Source of the DNA: Rebecca billardiae RCC1528
Lineage: Eukaryota > Protista > Haptophyta
Length of the DNA stretch: 64,000 bases
Reading direction: 5' to 3'
Assembly: GCA_965240325.2 (NCBI GenBank)
Contig: OZ251238.1
Coordinates: 868,001-932,000, forward strand
A program made the translations under genes and the position numbers. The notes under the pieces were generated by a model that saw only the letters and a program-made list of their open reading frames with translations, did no database searches and was not told where the DNA came from. The number at the start of each line of letters is the position of its first letter. Within the stretch, counting starts at the first letter, position 1. This document shows, one piece after another, positions 32,530-43,520 of the stretch.

Positions 32530-33417
32530 TCACACTCGGATGGCACCACGGCCAGGCAGTGGGACCGGCGGGACCGACCGCAGCCCGGCGCTCGGCAGAG
32601 TCGCTGCCGTGCTCGGCGCCTCAGCATCTGCGGGCAGAGGTGTCGCGTTGATCACAAACGATTGGCCAGGCACGTGCGTCGCGGGCACGAGGGCGCGTAG
32701 CACCCGCCCGTCGGGCGCGGTCACCTTGAGCTCGTCGCCGGTCTTCTTGCCCGGCGGCACTCGCACGACGATCAAGCAGCTCGAGCGGGCGATGGCGGGA
32801 TTGGCGCCGACCGCGACCGGCGTCGCGCGCGGAATCACAATCGAAAACCACATGAACTTGCGCAGGCCCTCGCGCCGTCGCAAGGCGTGGCCGAGGCTGC
32901 GGCAGCGGCAGTCGACCGGGCGAGATGCGTACGACAGCTCGAGCCCCGACGCCGCGAAGTGCGGCCGGTGCCGCGCGAGGAGGAACTCGGCCTTGCGATC
33001 GAGCTGCCTGCCAATACAGAGCATGAAGCACACACCCACGCAGCTGCCGAGCACGGCGGCGCTGGGCAGGGCGCATCTGATCGCCAGCTCGAGGTCCGGG
33101 TGCGGGGGTAGCAGCAGGAGCACCAAGGCGAGGGTCGCGAAGATGCAGAGCCAGACGGCCGTCGCCACGACCCACTTGAACTGCACGGCGTTCAGCCGGT
33201 GCACGTCTGCGAGGAACGAGTCCCACACAGCGGCGCGGATGCGCAGGGCGAGCTGGGGCGGGACGGGCGAGTGCCGCGGGTGCGACCAGTACAGCGTGTG
33301 CACGGGGAGGAAGAAGCAGCACGAGCCATCGAACGCGCTTACCACCACCCTCTCTGGCGTCTCGTCCGATTCGATCGGACCGCCCGCGCGCGGCCGCGCC
33401 GAGAACCGATTGCCCAT
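32530..33417 (-). CDS. Two-TM membrane protein, Erf4/Golgin-A7-like, putative N-myristoylation
   Basis: MGNRFS start, PPQLALRI..VWDSFL..VHRLN, two hydrophobic segments, ..RPHFAASGLELSY. C-terminal VRVPPG..GDELKVTAPDG..VP..VPGQSF beta motif. Confidence 0.6.
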   Translation of the reverse strand: MGNRFSARPRAGGPIESDETPERVVVSAFDGSCCFFLPVHTLYWSHPRHSPVPPQLALRIRAAVWDSFLADVHRLNAVQFKWVVATAVWLCIFATLALVLLLLPPHPDLELAIRCALPSAAVLGSCVGVCFMLCIGRQLDRKAEFLLARHRPHFAASGLELSYASRPVDCRCRSLGHALRRREGLRKFMWFSIVIPRATPVAVGANPAIARSSCLIVVRVPPGKKTGDELKVTAPDGRVLRALVPATHVPGQSFVINATPLPADAEAPSTAATLPSAGLRSVPPVPLPGRGAIRV

Positions 33418-34211
33418 GCGCACGAAAGCGGCAGCGGCACGTGAAGACCCGTCCAGCAGAAGAAGAGAATGCGCAGGCGTAGCGCGACGGGCGGCCAGGC
33501 CGACGTACGCCCACACCGGCCGATGGCCCAACGCGCGTGCCCACGAGGGGTGGCGCCGGCGTCGGCCGGCGGTGAACGCGCGCTTTTGTGATTTGTCCAC
33601 CGGCCGTGGTCAGGACACATGGAGGCATGGAGCGAGTTCGATTCTTTTAATTAAATCACTGACGACGTCAACGTCACTCAACGTAGTGTGCGGTGTGACG
33701 CCGAGTCACGTTGACGTCGCACGTGCACCAACGCGGTCACTCCGGTCGCACCAGCCCTTTGGGTCCGCCCATGCCAGCACGCAGACCTCGCTCAACGCAG
33801 ATCATCCCGGCTCCCGCCGTACATACTAGTTCACTTCACGGTTCCGCGGCCGGGCACGCGGCCGCTGAGTCCGAGGGGCGGCTGGCCCTAAGCGCCCGGC
33901 CGATACTAACTACTCGATAGTCCAGGTCCTCAATGACAACTCCGGCATTCCCGGCTGTGGGCTGTGGAGTGTGGGCCGCGTGGCGGCTGTTCCAGACCCA
34001 TGCATGTCCGATAACTGTATATATATACGGCAGTCACTTCGACACTTGTCAGAGTAGCTTACTTAGAGTTACGTCATCATCAGCATCATTCCAGCAGACG
34101 AACCGCGGGTCGACGCGGGCGTCACTCTGATGCCATCACTACTTCTCATCACAGATATCACACTACTAGCTAGTATAGTCAGTTAGCTGTTCTTCATTAG
34201 TCTTAGTATAC

Positions 34212-35936
34212 CAAGGCCGTAGGGGGGCCAAAGTGGCACTGTAGCGTTACTGACGGCCACGAGCGCGGGTCCTAGCGAGTGTTTAGAGCTGATTTCGGGC
34301 TGGATCATTTGCCCTCTGGAGGGGTCTGGGCCGGCCATGTAAAAAAATCAGGTGCACATACCCTGAATATAGGGCGTAACGGCTAGCATATTTACTTATT
34401 AGAATGAGCCTGAACTTATTGGAAACGGTATGTAACGGTCGTCCTATATGTGACATATAGACCATGTCGACCTCACTTTGATAGAGCATCTCAGCGAGAT
34501 CGTTCTGAGTCCCCAGCAGCAGCAGGTCCCAACATGCGATATAGGCTGTGTACTGGCAGGCTGTCAAATATGTAGTTTCCTAGAAGCCACCGATCGTTAC
34601 ATACCCACTGTGTATATAGGCGCCATGCTGATGAATACAGCCTAGTCTGATCTCGAGCTGCGAGATACGTTTTCAGACTGTGTATACGGCCACGCGTACG
34701 GCGTATTGCAGACATAGTAGACCCAAAGCACCGGCCCCACGTCCTTAGCCCGGGAGTGCTCTCGGTCATAGTCAAGGTTTAAAGTGACTCGAGCCAACCG
34801 TCACCGCTCCCTGGCCGAGACCTACGAGGCAGGTCAAATCTGTCGTCGTCGCAGTGCGGCACAGTGCCGAGCATGCGATTCGGCAGCAAACGTCTGCTCC
34901 AGGCGGTGGCTGGCGTGTCTGCACCAAACCAGGCTGGATGGGATTGGTCCATATAGGTACGCACTACCCTGTTCCGCGCTATTTCTGGGCTTAGGGGCGG
35001 ATATTCGGCCTACAGAGGCTGATCCGGCGCTGTTCGGCGCTCCTGGCTGGCTGCGCGGAGCCCAACGGCAAGCGCCGGCGTGTGCAAGGTGTCAAGATTG
35101 AGACGGTCTCTGACGCTCCCGCCGGTCTTGGGCGCACCAGGGTGCATGAGGGCCCATCTGCATCTGCTTCTGCAGGCATGAGCGTCACAGGGGCGCGCTT
35201 GCAGGCACGGTCGAGTGCACGTCGGACCTGTCGAATGAGCCAACCGCTGCCTGCGAGCACGTCCGCGACGTCCTGAGAGGCGAATGGGAGGCGCCCAGAC
35301 GCCATCAGAGGGCACACGTGACCCATACCCAACGTACTGACCATCGCAAGTGCCACGGCAGGTGCAAACACGGGCCCTACAAGCGGAACATGACAGTTGC
35401 GAGCTCCGCGGAGGTGTTGCGCGCGAGCTCGCGCCGGTCTGCTGACGGCGATTCCGGCGCAGCAGGGCAGGTTAGGCGAGCTGGGCATCCACATACATAC
35501 ATGGGCACTTGGTGCGAGCATCGATCTCAACTGTGCGAGTTGATCATGAGCCACACCGTGCGGTAGCGTGACGGGCGCACGCAGCGCGCCAATTCAAGCC
35601 GGCCGACGCGCGCCGCGCACGGCGCGAGATGGCCAAGAAGCGGGTGGTGAGCCGCTGGTGGCGCAAAGGCACGGGTCAGTAGCGCCCACCAGCGTCACGC
35701 GCGCGCGCACCCGAGACCATCTCGGCGTCTCAAAGGTCGCGAGCGCGCGGCGGTCCACTGCCTCCGGCCGCTCGCGCTGGAGCGGAACCGAGCTCTGAGC
35801 GTCCGAAGGCGTGAAGCTCGATTTTCGAGCGGGGTCCGAGAAAAAGGCTCCGCGCCACCCTAAAAGGCCGAGGGCGGAGCGAAAATGCGACGCGACTTTG
35901 CTTTTCATTTTTAAATGGGCGGTTTGGCCCCCCTAC
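34212..35936. mobile_element. Putative larger CAAGG-ended (P-like) element with decayed low-GC interior; right TIR truncated by MITE B
   Basis: CAAGGCC-GTAGGGGGGCCAAA at 34212-34232 vs TTTGGCCCCCCTAC at 35923-35936, immediately followed by MITE B. No TSD found. Confidence 0.5.
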
Positions 35937-36250
35937 CAAGGGGCTTACAAAATACCACTGGGGGCGAAAGCGCCAGTGAGGAGCCCCGTCGGATGCGAGG
36001 CTCCTGAGACGGACAGCGTCCGGACGGTCACGGGTCAGCGGAAAACATCACTGTGCGAGAAGTTTGAATCCGACTTCTGGCACAGACTGACGGCGGCACT
36101 AATAAGTGTAGTTTTCCGCTGACCGGAGTCCGGACGGGCGGACGCTGTAGAGTGTAGTCCGTCTCAGGTCGGATCGAGCCCTCGCTGCCCCCCTCGCATC
36201 CGACAGCTGTGTTTCGCCCCCAGTGGTCGTAGTATTTTGTAAGACCCTTG
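35937..36250. mobile_element. Second, more degenerate copy of MITE family B
   Basis: CAAGGGGCTTACAAAATACCACTGGGGGCGAAA...TTTCGCCCCCAGTGGT..TATTTTGTAAGACCCTTG. Arms match 26316-26582 in swapped orientation. No TSD. Confidence 0.85.
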
Positions 36251-36563
36251 ATTGAGTACATATACAGCATATAGCACACGACATGATGATGAGTATAGCC
36301 GCAGTCTGAGTCGATCGGACGATCCGGGCAGGCGACTTTGAGTTTGACGTTCCGACCGCGCTCTGAGTTTGACGGTAGTACGACTGTCGACTCGGGCAGC
36401 CGCGGCCCACCGCTGTGATATATTTCACGGGTCGTCGCGCGGTGTCGCCGTCGGGCTCGGGCTCGGCGTGGCGGCCAATCGGCAATCTGCAGTCAGTCTA
36501 ATGACGACTGCCAGCGCTGCTGCCAGCAATTAAGCCTCACGGCCGGTGCGCGCGCGCGTACGC

Positions 36564-39500
36564 TCACAGCAGCTCGACGCGGCCTGTATTGCGCCCCGCG
36601 GTCCGCCGCGCCCCGACCCGCCGCTCGCGCGCACCACCGCGCATGGCGCTCATCGCCGCCACCAGGGCGGCCACAACAGCCAGCGCGCCACCGGCCGCGC
36701 TGAGCGCCCACTCGCCGCCGGCGCGCCGAGCTGCGGCGTGGCCGTGGCGCGCGCGGCCGCGCGCGCGCACGTCATCCGGCAGCACAGAGTCCATCGCGTC
36801 CTGCAGCGTCGCCGCCTCGCCCAGCCACGACTTGGGCTTGTCGTAGAGCATCTTATCCGGCTTGTACCACTTGGAGCGTGAGCCGCAATACTCGCGAATC
36901 TCTGGGAGGCCGCCGCCGCCGTGCGCGAGGCACTCCACAATCACGTCGTCGTCGTGTGTCGTGCAGGACGGTGTTTCGTCGTCGGAGGACGTCTGCGAGT
37001 AGACCCACCGGTCGATGCCGCAGCGCAGCAGCGAGCCCTCCTTGCCGTCGCAGTTGGCGAACGCCAGGTTGATCGGCGTGGCGAGGGCCACCTTTGAGAG
37101 CGGGACCTCCTCCTTGCCGCGCGCGCTCACGTGCTGCGTGCCGTCCGCGTACCCCAGGCGGCGGCAGGCGACTTTGGCTGCGGGGAACTCGTTGCGCCGC
37201 GTGTGGAAGCGCGAGAAGCCCTCCTTGCACACGGTGCCCCACCGCCCGTCCTTATACAGGTACAGCGAGCCCTTCGGGTGCGCCGAGAGCCAGAGGTCGC
37301 CCTCGGTCGGGCGCGTGCAGTTGTGCTCGGCGGCCACCCGCGCGCCCTCGTACACTTCGAGAGTCACAGAGTCAAGCGTGGGCCCGCCGGCGCCGAGCAT
37401 TGACGGCACGGGCGGCGGCGGCGCGGCGGGCGGCCCTGGCTTCGTGCAACGCTCGCTGCTGCCCCAGTTGCCCAGGCCGATGTGCAGCGACTCTTGGATC
37501 GAGCAGCCCACGTCCAGCTGAGGGCGAGGGGCGCGCGGCGCGCGGGCGCGGCGCGCGGGCGCGGCGTCAGCGGGCGGGAGTGCAGCGGGGCGCTCCGCGG
37601 GGGCGGTGCGCTCGGGGTGGGCCCCGGCTGGACGCACGCGCGCGCGCGCGCGGTGGCGGCGCGGCCGCGCGCCCATGCCGTGCCCGCCGCCGCGCCGCGC
37701 GCACCGAGAGCAGAATGAGCGCGAGGATGATGAGCAGCAGCGCGCAGCACAGCGCCGCCAGCGCGTTGGAGCCGAGGCGGCGGCGCTTCTTCTGCAGCAG
37801 GAGCAGGTCAGCGGCCGGCGCGGCGGCGGGCGCGTCGACTAGCCATGACGCGTCCTCGTCGACCGCGGCCGCCGCCACCGACCTCGCTGCCGACGCCTCG
37901 TCGGCCTTGAGGAAGCCTGTACTCAGCGACATGGAGCGGGAGGCCGTCTGGGACGCCATCTGCGAGGCCATCTGCGACGGGTGCTCGGAGGGGTACTGCG
38001 AAGCGTACTGCGACGCCTGCTGCGACGCGTGCTGGGACGCGTGCTGCGTTGCGTAACCTGACATGGCGCGGGAGGCGAGCTCGGAGGGCGGCTCCGTCTT
38101 GATCTCGGGCGGCGGCGCGGCGGCGGGCGCCGGCGCGCGTGGCAGCGGCGGCGGAGGCTCGGCGGCCACGCTCGTCGCCACGGCGGCGGCAGCGGCGCCG
38201 GCGGCGGCGGCCGCGCCGAAGCCGACGCCGACCGCGGCATCCGCCTTGGCCGGGCTGGCGCTTGCCTGTGCGCCAAACGAGACCTGGGAGCCGCTCGGGC
38301 TCGGGTGCGGGCTCGCGCGCGCGTCGACGAGCAGCCCGGTGGGGCTGAACTCGCTCGCGTTGCTCACCGACTCGAGGTTGTCCTCCTCCGTCGCGGGCAG
38401 CAGGATGTCCAGCAGCAGCTTGGCGTGCCTCTGCCGCCCCGCGTCTGGATGCGACACCGCCATCTCGCGGAGCCGAGAGATCACCTCCTCCGTCGAGAGG
38501 CCGCGGAGCTCGACCCAGAGCGCGTCGATGCCGTCGGCGTCGTCGCCCGCCTCGGCGCGGCGCGGCGCGAGCAGCGAGCGGATCCGGTTCCGATCGGTCA
38601 CGTCTCGGCGCGAGCCCACCTCGTTCCGGACGTAGAGTTCGAAGGGCGTGCGGCCCGAGACGTCGGTCGCGTCGCGGCGCGCGCCGTTCTCGAGCATCAG
38701 CTCAAAGATGCCGACGGGGCAGTCCGCCTGCGCGCCGATGTGCAGCGCGGTGGCGCCGGTGACGTCCTTCGTGTTCACAAACTCCGAGACGTTCACGCCG
38801 TGCGACGCCGTCGCGAGCTGCAGCAGCAGCCGCGAGACGCCGAGGCGGCGCTGCGACACGGCGAGGTGAAGAGCGGTCGCTCGCTTCTGTGTCATCGCGC
38901 GCACGTCCGCGCCCGCCGAGACAAGGCGGCGCACGATCTTGGTGTGCCCGCACGCCGCCGCGAGGTGCAGCGACGTCCTGCGCCGGGGGCGGGGGCGGCG
39001 TGGCGTGGGCGCGGTTCGGGGCCGCCGCCGCGCGCATCGCGTGAGCGCGCGCGTGTGCGCCGCCCGCCCGCGGCGCGCGCGCGAGGCCGCGGCGCGGGGC
39101 AGTTCGCGGCGCGCGAGCGGCGGCGCACCAGCCCTTCACGTGCGTGAGCGACGTGTCCGCGCCGTAGTCGAGGAGCATCTCGACGGCGTTGTCGTGCCCG
39201 CGCCGCGCCGCCCACATCAGCGGCGTCCAGCCGTCGCGGCCGCGGCAGTCGATGTTGACGCCTTGCTTGATGAGCGTGAGCGCGCAGTTGATGTGCCCAT
39301 GCTCCGCCGCGTAGTGCAGCGCGAGCCAGCCGTCCGCGGAGGCGAGGTTGATGCTCTCCGGGTCCTCGTTGAGGCACCGCGTGAGCAGATCCACGTCGCC
39401 CAGGAAGGCCGCCTTGTGCACGCCCTCGAGGCGCGTGCCGCTGCTGGGCGACACGAGGCGGAAGGGCGACTGCTGGCCCGCCTGCCCGCTGCTCATCCGC

Positions 39501-39772
39501 GAGCCTCCGCCCACCGACGGCGACGAGGCCGCGCCACGGCTGGTGGCGCTCGTGTACGACTTGTTCGAGCGCGTCTCCTCCTCCTCCTCCGTCCGCGACG
39601 CCGCGAGCGTGCTCGCGAGCGCGTTGACGACGCGCGTGCTCACCTGCGGCTCCTCGGCAATCTGGACCTGCTTCGACGCGGCGAGGGTGCTTGCGAGGGC
39701 GTTGACGACGCGGTCGCTCACTTGCACCTCGCCAGCCTCATTCACAACGCGCGTCTCCGGTGCCCCCGACAT
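36564..39772 (-). CDS. Ankyrin-repeat - TM - SRCR - TM membrane protein, 3 exons (39772-39129, 38977-37705, 37517-36564)
   Basis: About 6 ankyrin repeats (GWLALHYAAEHGH, GWTPLMWAARRGH, GWTSLHLAAACGH, ATALHLAV, GATALHIGA). KKRRR+TM. SRCR motifs GSLYLYKDGRWGTVC, AAKVACRRLGY, CDGKEGSLLRC, CTTHDDDVIVEC. Second hydrophobic segment. Both introns are GT-AG and phase-compatible. Confidence 0.82.
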
Positions 39773-40165
39773 CGCGCTCGAGCTGGGCTGCGCAGCTGGG
39801 CGAAATCGTCGTCGCCGTGCGCGACGGGGTGCTCGAGGCCACTGCTTGCTCGAGCACTGGAGCTGCTCGCCCTGCCAGCTTCAAGCTCTCCCTTTTCTGT
39901 TTTGATTGTGGACGGGCCGGGGTGGTTTCACCTTTCCCGAGCTTGCGCCGCGGCACCGGTCGGGGCGCTCGACTTTTGGGGCCGATTATCATCCGGCGAG
40001 CGGCCGTGCGTCCGAGAGTCTGAAATACTCTGAACCATTGCACGCAAATAGACTGGCGTGCGATCTCCGACCAACATCTCGGGCCGGCCTGCGGGCCCTG
40101 CGAAACGTGATCGTTGTGCTCTCTTCTGGAAGTTCACGATGGAGCGCCTTGCCCGTGAAGCCGGC

Positions 40166-42751
40166 TCAACAGATGACGGCCCCGCACTCGACGAGGCGCA
40201 GGGCGAGCAGCTGCGGGCATGGGCCGCACGACTGATCGAGCACTACCTCGAGACTCGGGCTCAGCCGCGCACCGCTCTCGCCCAGCCAGCGCGCCGCGCC
40301 GCGCACGGCGCGCACGTCCGCCGCAGGCTCGGCCGTCGCGTCGCAGCCGTCGCCGCTGCCCGCCAGCGCGCGGCTGTTGACAGCGGCAGCGGTGAAGCAG
40401 AGCGCGAGGAAAGCGCGGGCCTGGAGCGCGCGCGGCATGCTCTGCGTGCCGTCGCCCCACGCGTCCGCTCCCGGCGTGACATCGAGCCGGTCCTGGGAGG
40501 CAGCCGACGCGGCGTGTGCGTCGATGCGGCGCGCCACGTCGGCAAACAGCTCGCGCAGGGTCGGCGGCTTGGTCGCGCGCGGCACCGGGCAGGCCCGAGT
40601 CGGGGCCGAGTTCTCCACGAACGCATCCTGGTCGTCCACCTCCATCGCGTCCACGGGCTGCTCTGCGGCTGGCCCGGAATCGTAGTGCAGCGGCTCGCAC
40701 GCGTCCATGTCGTCGTGTCCGCGCGGCGGTGACGCGCCTCCGAGCGGGCCCGCATCTCGCCCCTCGTCGCCGTCCGCGGCGTCCGGCGCGGGATCGCCGC
40801 CGCACGTGCCGCCTGCGCCGTCGCCGAGCGCATCGCCAGCGCACACGTCGAGCAGGAGGTCGTCGGCGGCACACCCGTCGGCGACGTGCGCGCCGCCCTC
40901 CCAAGACAGCATGCCGTGGCCGGACGGTGCGATGCCGTACTTGGCGCGCGCGCCGAGCAGGGCGAGATTGCGAGGCTTGCCGCCGTCCGAGCCGTACAGC
41001 AGCACCGACGTGTCGAAGAGGGTCGACATCGCCGGCGCGGTCGTCTCGCCGCCCTCGACAGGACGGCCGCCGCCGGATCGCCGCGCGCCGCCCGCGCCGC
41101 CGGCCTTCACCGCCGAGCCGTCGAGCTGCGGCAGGTGCATCGTGAGGACGCGCACCCGCGCGTCCGCCACGCCGCGGTCGAGCGACTCGACCGCGCTCTG
41201 CTCGTCGCGGCGCGCAGCGGGGAGCACGAGGCGCTCGAGCACGAGCTGGCGCGCGTCGCGTACGAGCACTGGGCGCACGCGCGTGGGCGGCGGCTTGCGC
41301 GGCGGGAAGGCGAGAAGCCGCGCCGTGGGCGGATGGAGCACACTCAGCAGCAGCTCTTGCTCATCCTCGCGCTCGGAGCCCGCGCCGTCGCATGCGCGCG
41401 CTGGGCCATCGTCGTCGCGCGACGGCCCTGGGCCGTCGGGCAGCAGAGGCAGGTCGGCACGCGCGTCGTGGGCGGCTGGGAGCGTCGTGCGTGCGCCCAT
41501 GGACGTCTCCCCCGAGCCGGCACCGCGCGTGGGCTCGTACGGCCCCACATCCTCGTCGAGCGCGCACAGGTCGAGGAGCGCGCGCCGCGGCTGCGCGCCC
41601 GAGCGCTCGCCTGCACGCCCGTCCGCACCGGGTGAGGTGAAGGCGACGAGGCGGGCGGCGTCTTCGACTCCCGCGGCCGTGGCGGCCTGCTGGGAGAGAC
41701 CGTCCGCCTGGCCGCAGGGCGGCACAACCGAGGCCGGGCATGCGCACCCACTGATGTCAATAGCGCCGCAGCTGTCGTCTCCGGTGCGGTCGCATGCAAG
41801 CATCTCCACGTCCCGGTCCGCATCATTGGCGGGCGAGCACGCGCCCGGGCCGCCCATGTCGATCTCGATGCCGTCGGCACCCATGTCGCCGCCGAGGTCG
41901 AGCAGCGAGGTGTGCTCGTAGCCGTCGTAGCGCCCCGCTCCGAGCGCGGCATCGTGCCACGCCTCCGCGCGCTGCTGCGGCGGGGTCGCGAGCAGCGCCG
42001 CAATGCCACCCTGACCCTCTGCGCCCTCCTCCTCCTCCGCCCACGGCGCGAGGCACGCGATCGCTGCGTCCAGCAGCTCGGACGCTTGCGCAGGCGGCGA
42101 GTCCGTCTCCTCGGGCCCTTCGATAGACGTGCCCGCGGCCAGACCTCCGAGCGCCGCGTGTGCGGCTCCTGGCGTCTGCAGCCCGCGCTTCTGCGACGGC
42201 GGCGTCTCCGATTCGGGAGCGCTCGTCGCTCGGTCGGTCGTGGGCGAGCTCTGCTCGCCGAGCCACGCGACGAAGGCGGCTGGCGGGGCGCCGCGACGAG
42301 CGAGGTCGCGCAGCTCGTCGGCAGCTGCCGTCCAACGCGCGGGCAGCTCGGCCCGTGGCTGCGCCGTCGCCGCTTGCTCGTCAACGCGCTCGAGCGTGCG
42401 CGCGCGCTTTGACGCATGCGCGTCAGCGGTGCTCGGCTTCTTTGCGCGCGCGACGGCGGCGGACGTGTCGTTGGCGAGCTCGCTCTGCATGCACTGGATG
42501 AGCTGAGAGCGAACCGTCACTTGGTCTCCCGCGCGCTCGAACCAGTCGGCGTTCCGCTGCGCGCCGTCGTCTGCTGGCTCGTCGCCGTCGACGTCGTCGA
42601 GGACGGGCTGCGCCGCCCACGCGGCGAAGCGGAAGGGCGCCTTCTTGCCGCGCTTGTCCAGCTCCGAGCGGACGTCGGTCAGTGCGTACTGCCCATCGTC
42701 GCCGACGCGCCGGAAGCGCCGGCTGAGCGAGATGTGTGGCGGCTGCTGCAT
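40166..42751 (-). CDS. Hypothetical acidic/low-complexity 861-aa protein (possible kleisin-like C-terminal winged helix)
   Basis: Long ATG-initiated ORF with host codon bias. C-terminal TLRELFADV...QARAFLALCFTA loosely resembles kleisin C-termini. Confidence 0.6.
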   Translation of the reverse strand: MQQPPHISLSRRFRRVGDDGQYALTDVRSELDKRGKKAPFRFAAWAAQPVLDDVDGDEPADDGAQRNADWFERAGDQVTVRSQLIQCMQSELANDTSAAVARAKKPSTADAHASKRARTLERVDEQAATAQPRAELPARWTAAADELRDLARRGAPPAAFVAWLGEQSSPTTDRATSAPESETPPSQKRGLQTPGAAHAALGGLAAGTSIEGPEETDSPPAQASELLDAAIACLAPWAEEEEGAEGQGGIAALLATPPQQRAEAWHDAALGAGRYDGYEHTSLLDLGGDMGADGIEIDMGGPGACSPANDADRDVEMLACDRTGDDSCGAIDISGCACPASVVPPCGQADGLSQQAATAAGVEDAARLVAFTSPGADGRAGERSGAQPRRALLDLCALDEDVGPYEPTRGAGSGETSMGARTTLPAAHDARADLPLLPDGPGPSRDDDGPARACDGAGSEREDEQELLLSVLHPPTARLLAFPPRKPPPTRVRPVLVRDARQLVLERLVLPAARRDEQSAVESLDRGVADARVRVLTMHLPQLDGSAVKAGGAGGARRSGGGRPVEGGETTAPAMSTLFDTSVLLYGSDGGKPRNLALLGARAKYGIAPSGHGMLSWEGGAHVADGCAADDLLLDVCAGDALGDGAGGTCGGDPAPDAADGDEGRDAGPLGGASPPRGHDDMDACEPLHYDSGPAAEQPVDAMEVDDQDAFVENSAPTRACPVPRATKPPTLRELFADVARRIDAHAASAASQDRLDVTPGADAWGDGTQSMPRALQARAFLALCFTAAAVNSRALAGSGDGCDATAEPAADVRAVRGAARWLGESGARLSPSLEVVLDQSCGPCPQLLALRLVECGAVIC

Positions 42752-43193
42752 GCTCCCGCGCGCGCGCGCGTCTGGCGCGCGTCACTGGCGGTGCTCGATA
42801 CGGCGGCGGCAGCGTGCTGAGTGTTGTGAGCAGCCGCGCAGGTCCGGGACCCGTCGTCGTCGGCGGCGGCGGTGCCGGGCGTCCGGGCGTGTACTCGAGA
42901 AGCTGAACTTTCTTGAATGTACCCACTACTGTGTTTTGAACTGTCTTCACACCTCACAGCGGTCAGCCGCGCGCACGTACCCGCACATACATACGAGCAG
43001 AGCCAAATTTGGGCCGCCTGTAGCTGAGCGAGAGCTACCCGAGTGAGTCCGGACCATCCGGAGCGTTTCGCCGGAAAAGTTGAAGCAGGTCCTGGTCAAG
43101 ATCCAGCCACACCGCATCCGCCCCGAAGTCGTTGGCTTCCGCCTCGCCGAGCGAACGCGTTTTTGAGCAACCGAGCGCACGCGCACCTCCGCT

Positions 43194-43520
43194 ATGTCCT
43201 TCTTCGTGTACTCTGAGCCGCCATCAGATGAGAAGAACTACCGCGGGAATGTCTCGCAGCCCTTCGGCGGCGGCATGTCCGTCGTCAACGTTGACTTCTA
43301 CGACGACCTCATGAGCGTGCAGCTCCACGACGATGCGACCGTCAGCAATCTCCAGGCGTTGCTGTACGAGCAGACCTTCGTGCCGCCGAGCATGCAGGGG
43401 TTGTACACATGCGTCGGCGGCTCCGCGATGAAGTTGCGAGACTCGTCAGAATCCATCGAGATGGTGCCAGGCTCCAACTTCACCCTCGTGATGGAGCCGG
43501 ACCAACCTGCGTGCTTTTGA
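43194..43520 (+). CDS. Small ubiquitin-like-fold protein
   Basis: VQLHDDATVSNLQALLYEQTFVPPSMQGLY...KLRD...IEMVPGSNFTLV matches the UBL pattern. No terminal GG; ends PACF. Confidence 0.7.
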   Translation: MSFFVYSEPPSDEKNYRGNVSQPFGGGMSVVNVDFYDDLMSVQLHDDATVSNLQALLYEQTFVPPSMQGLYTCVGGSAMKLRDSSESIEMVPGSNFTLVMEPDQPACF

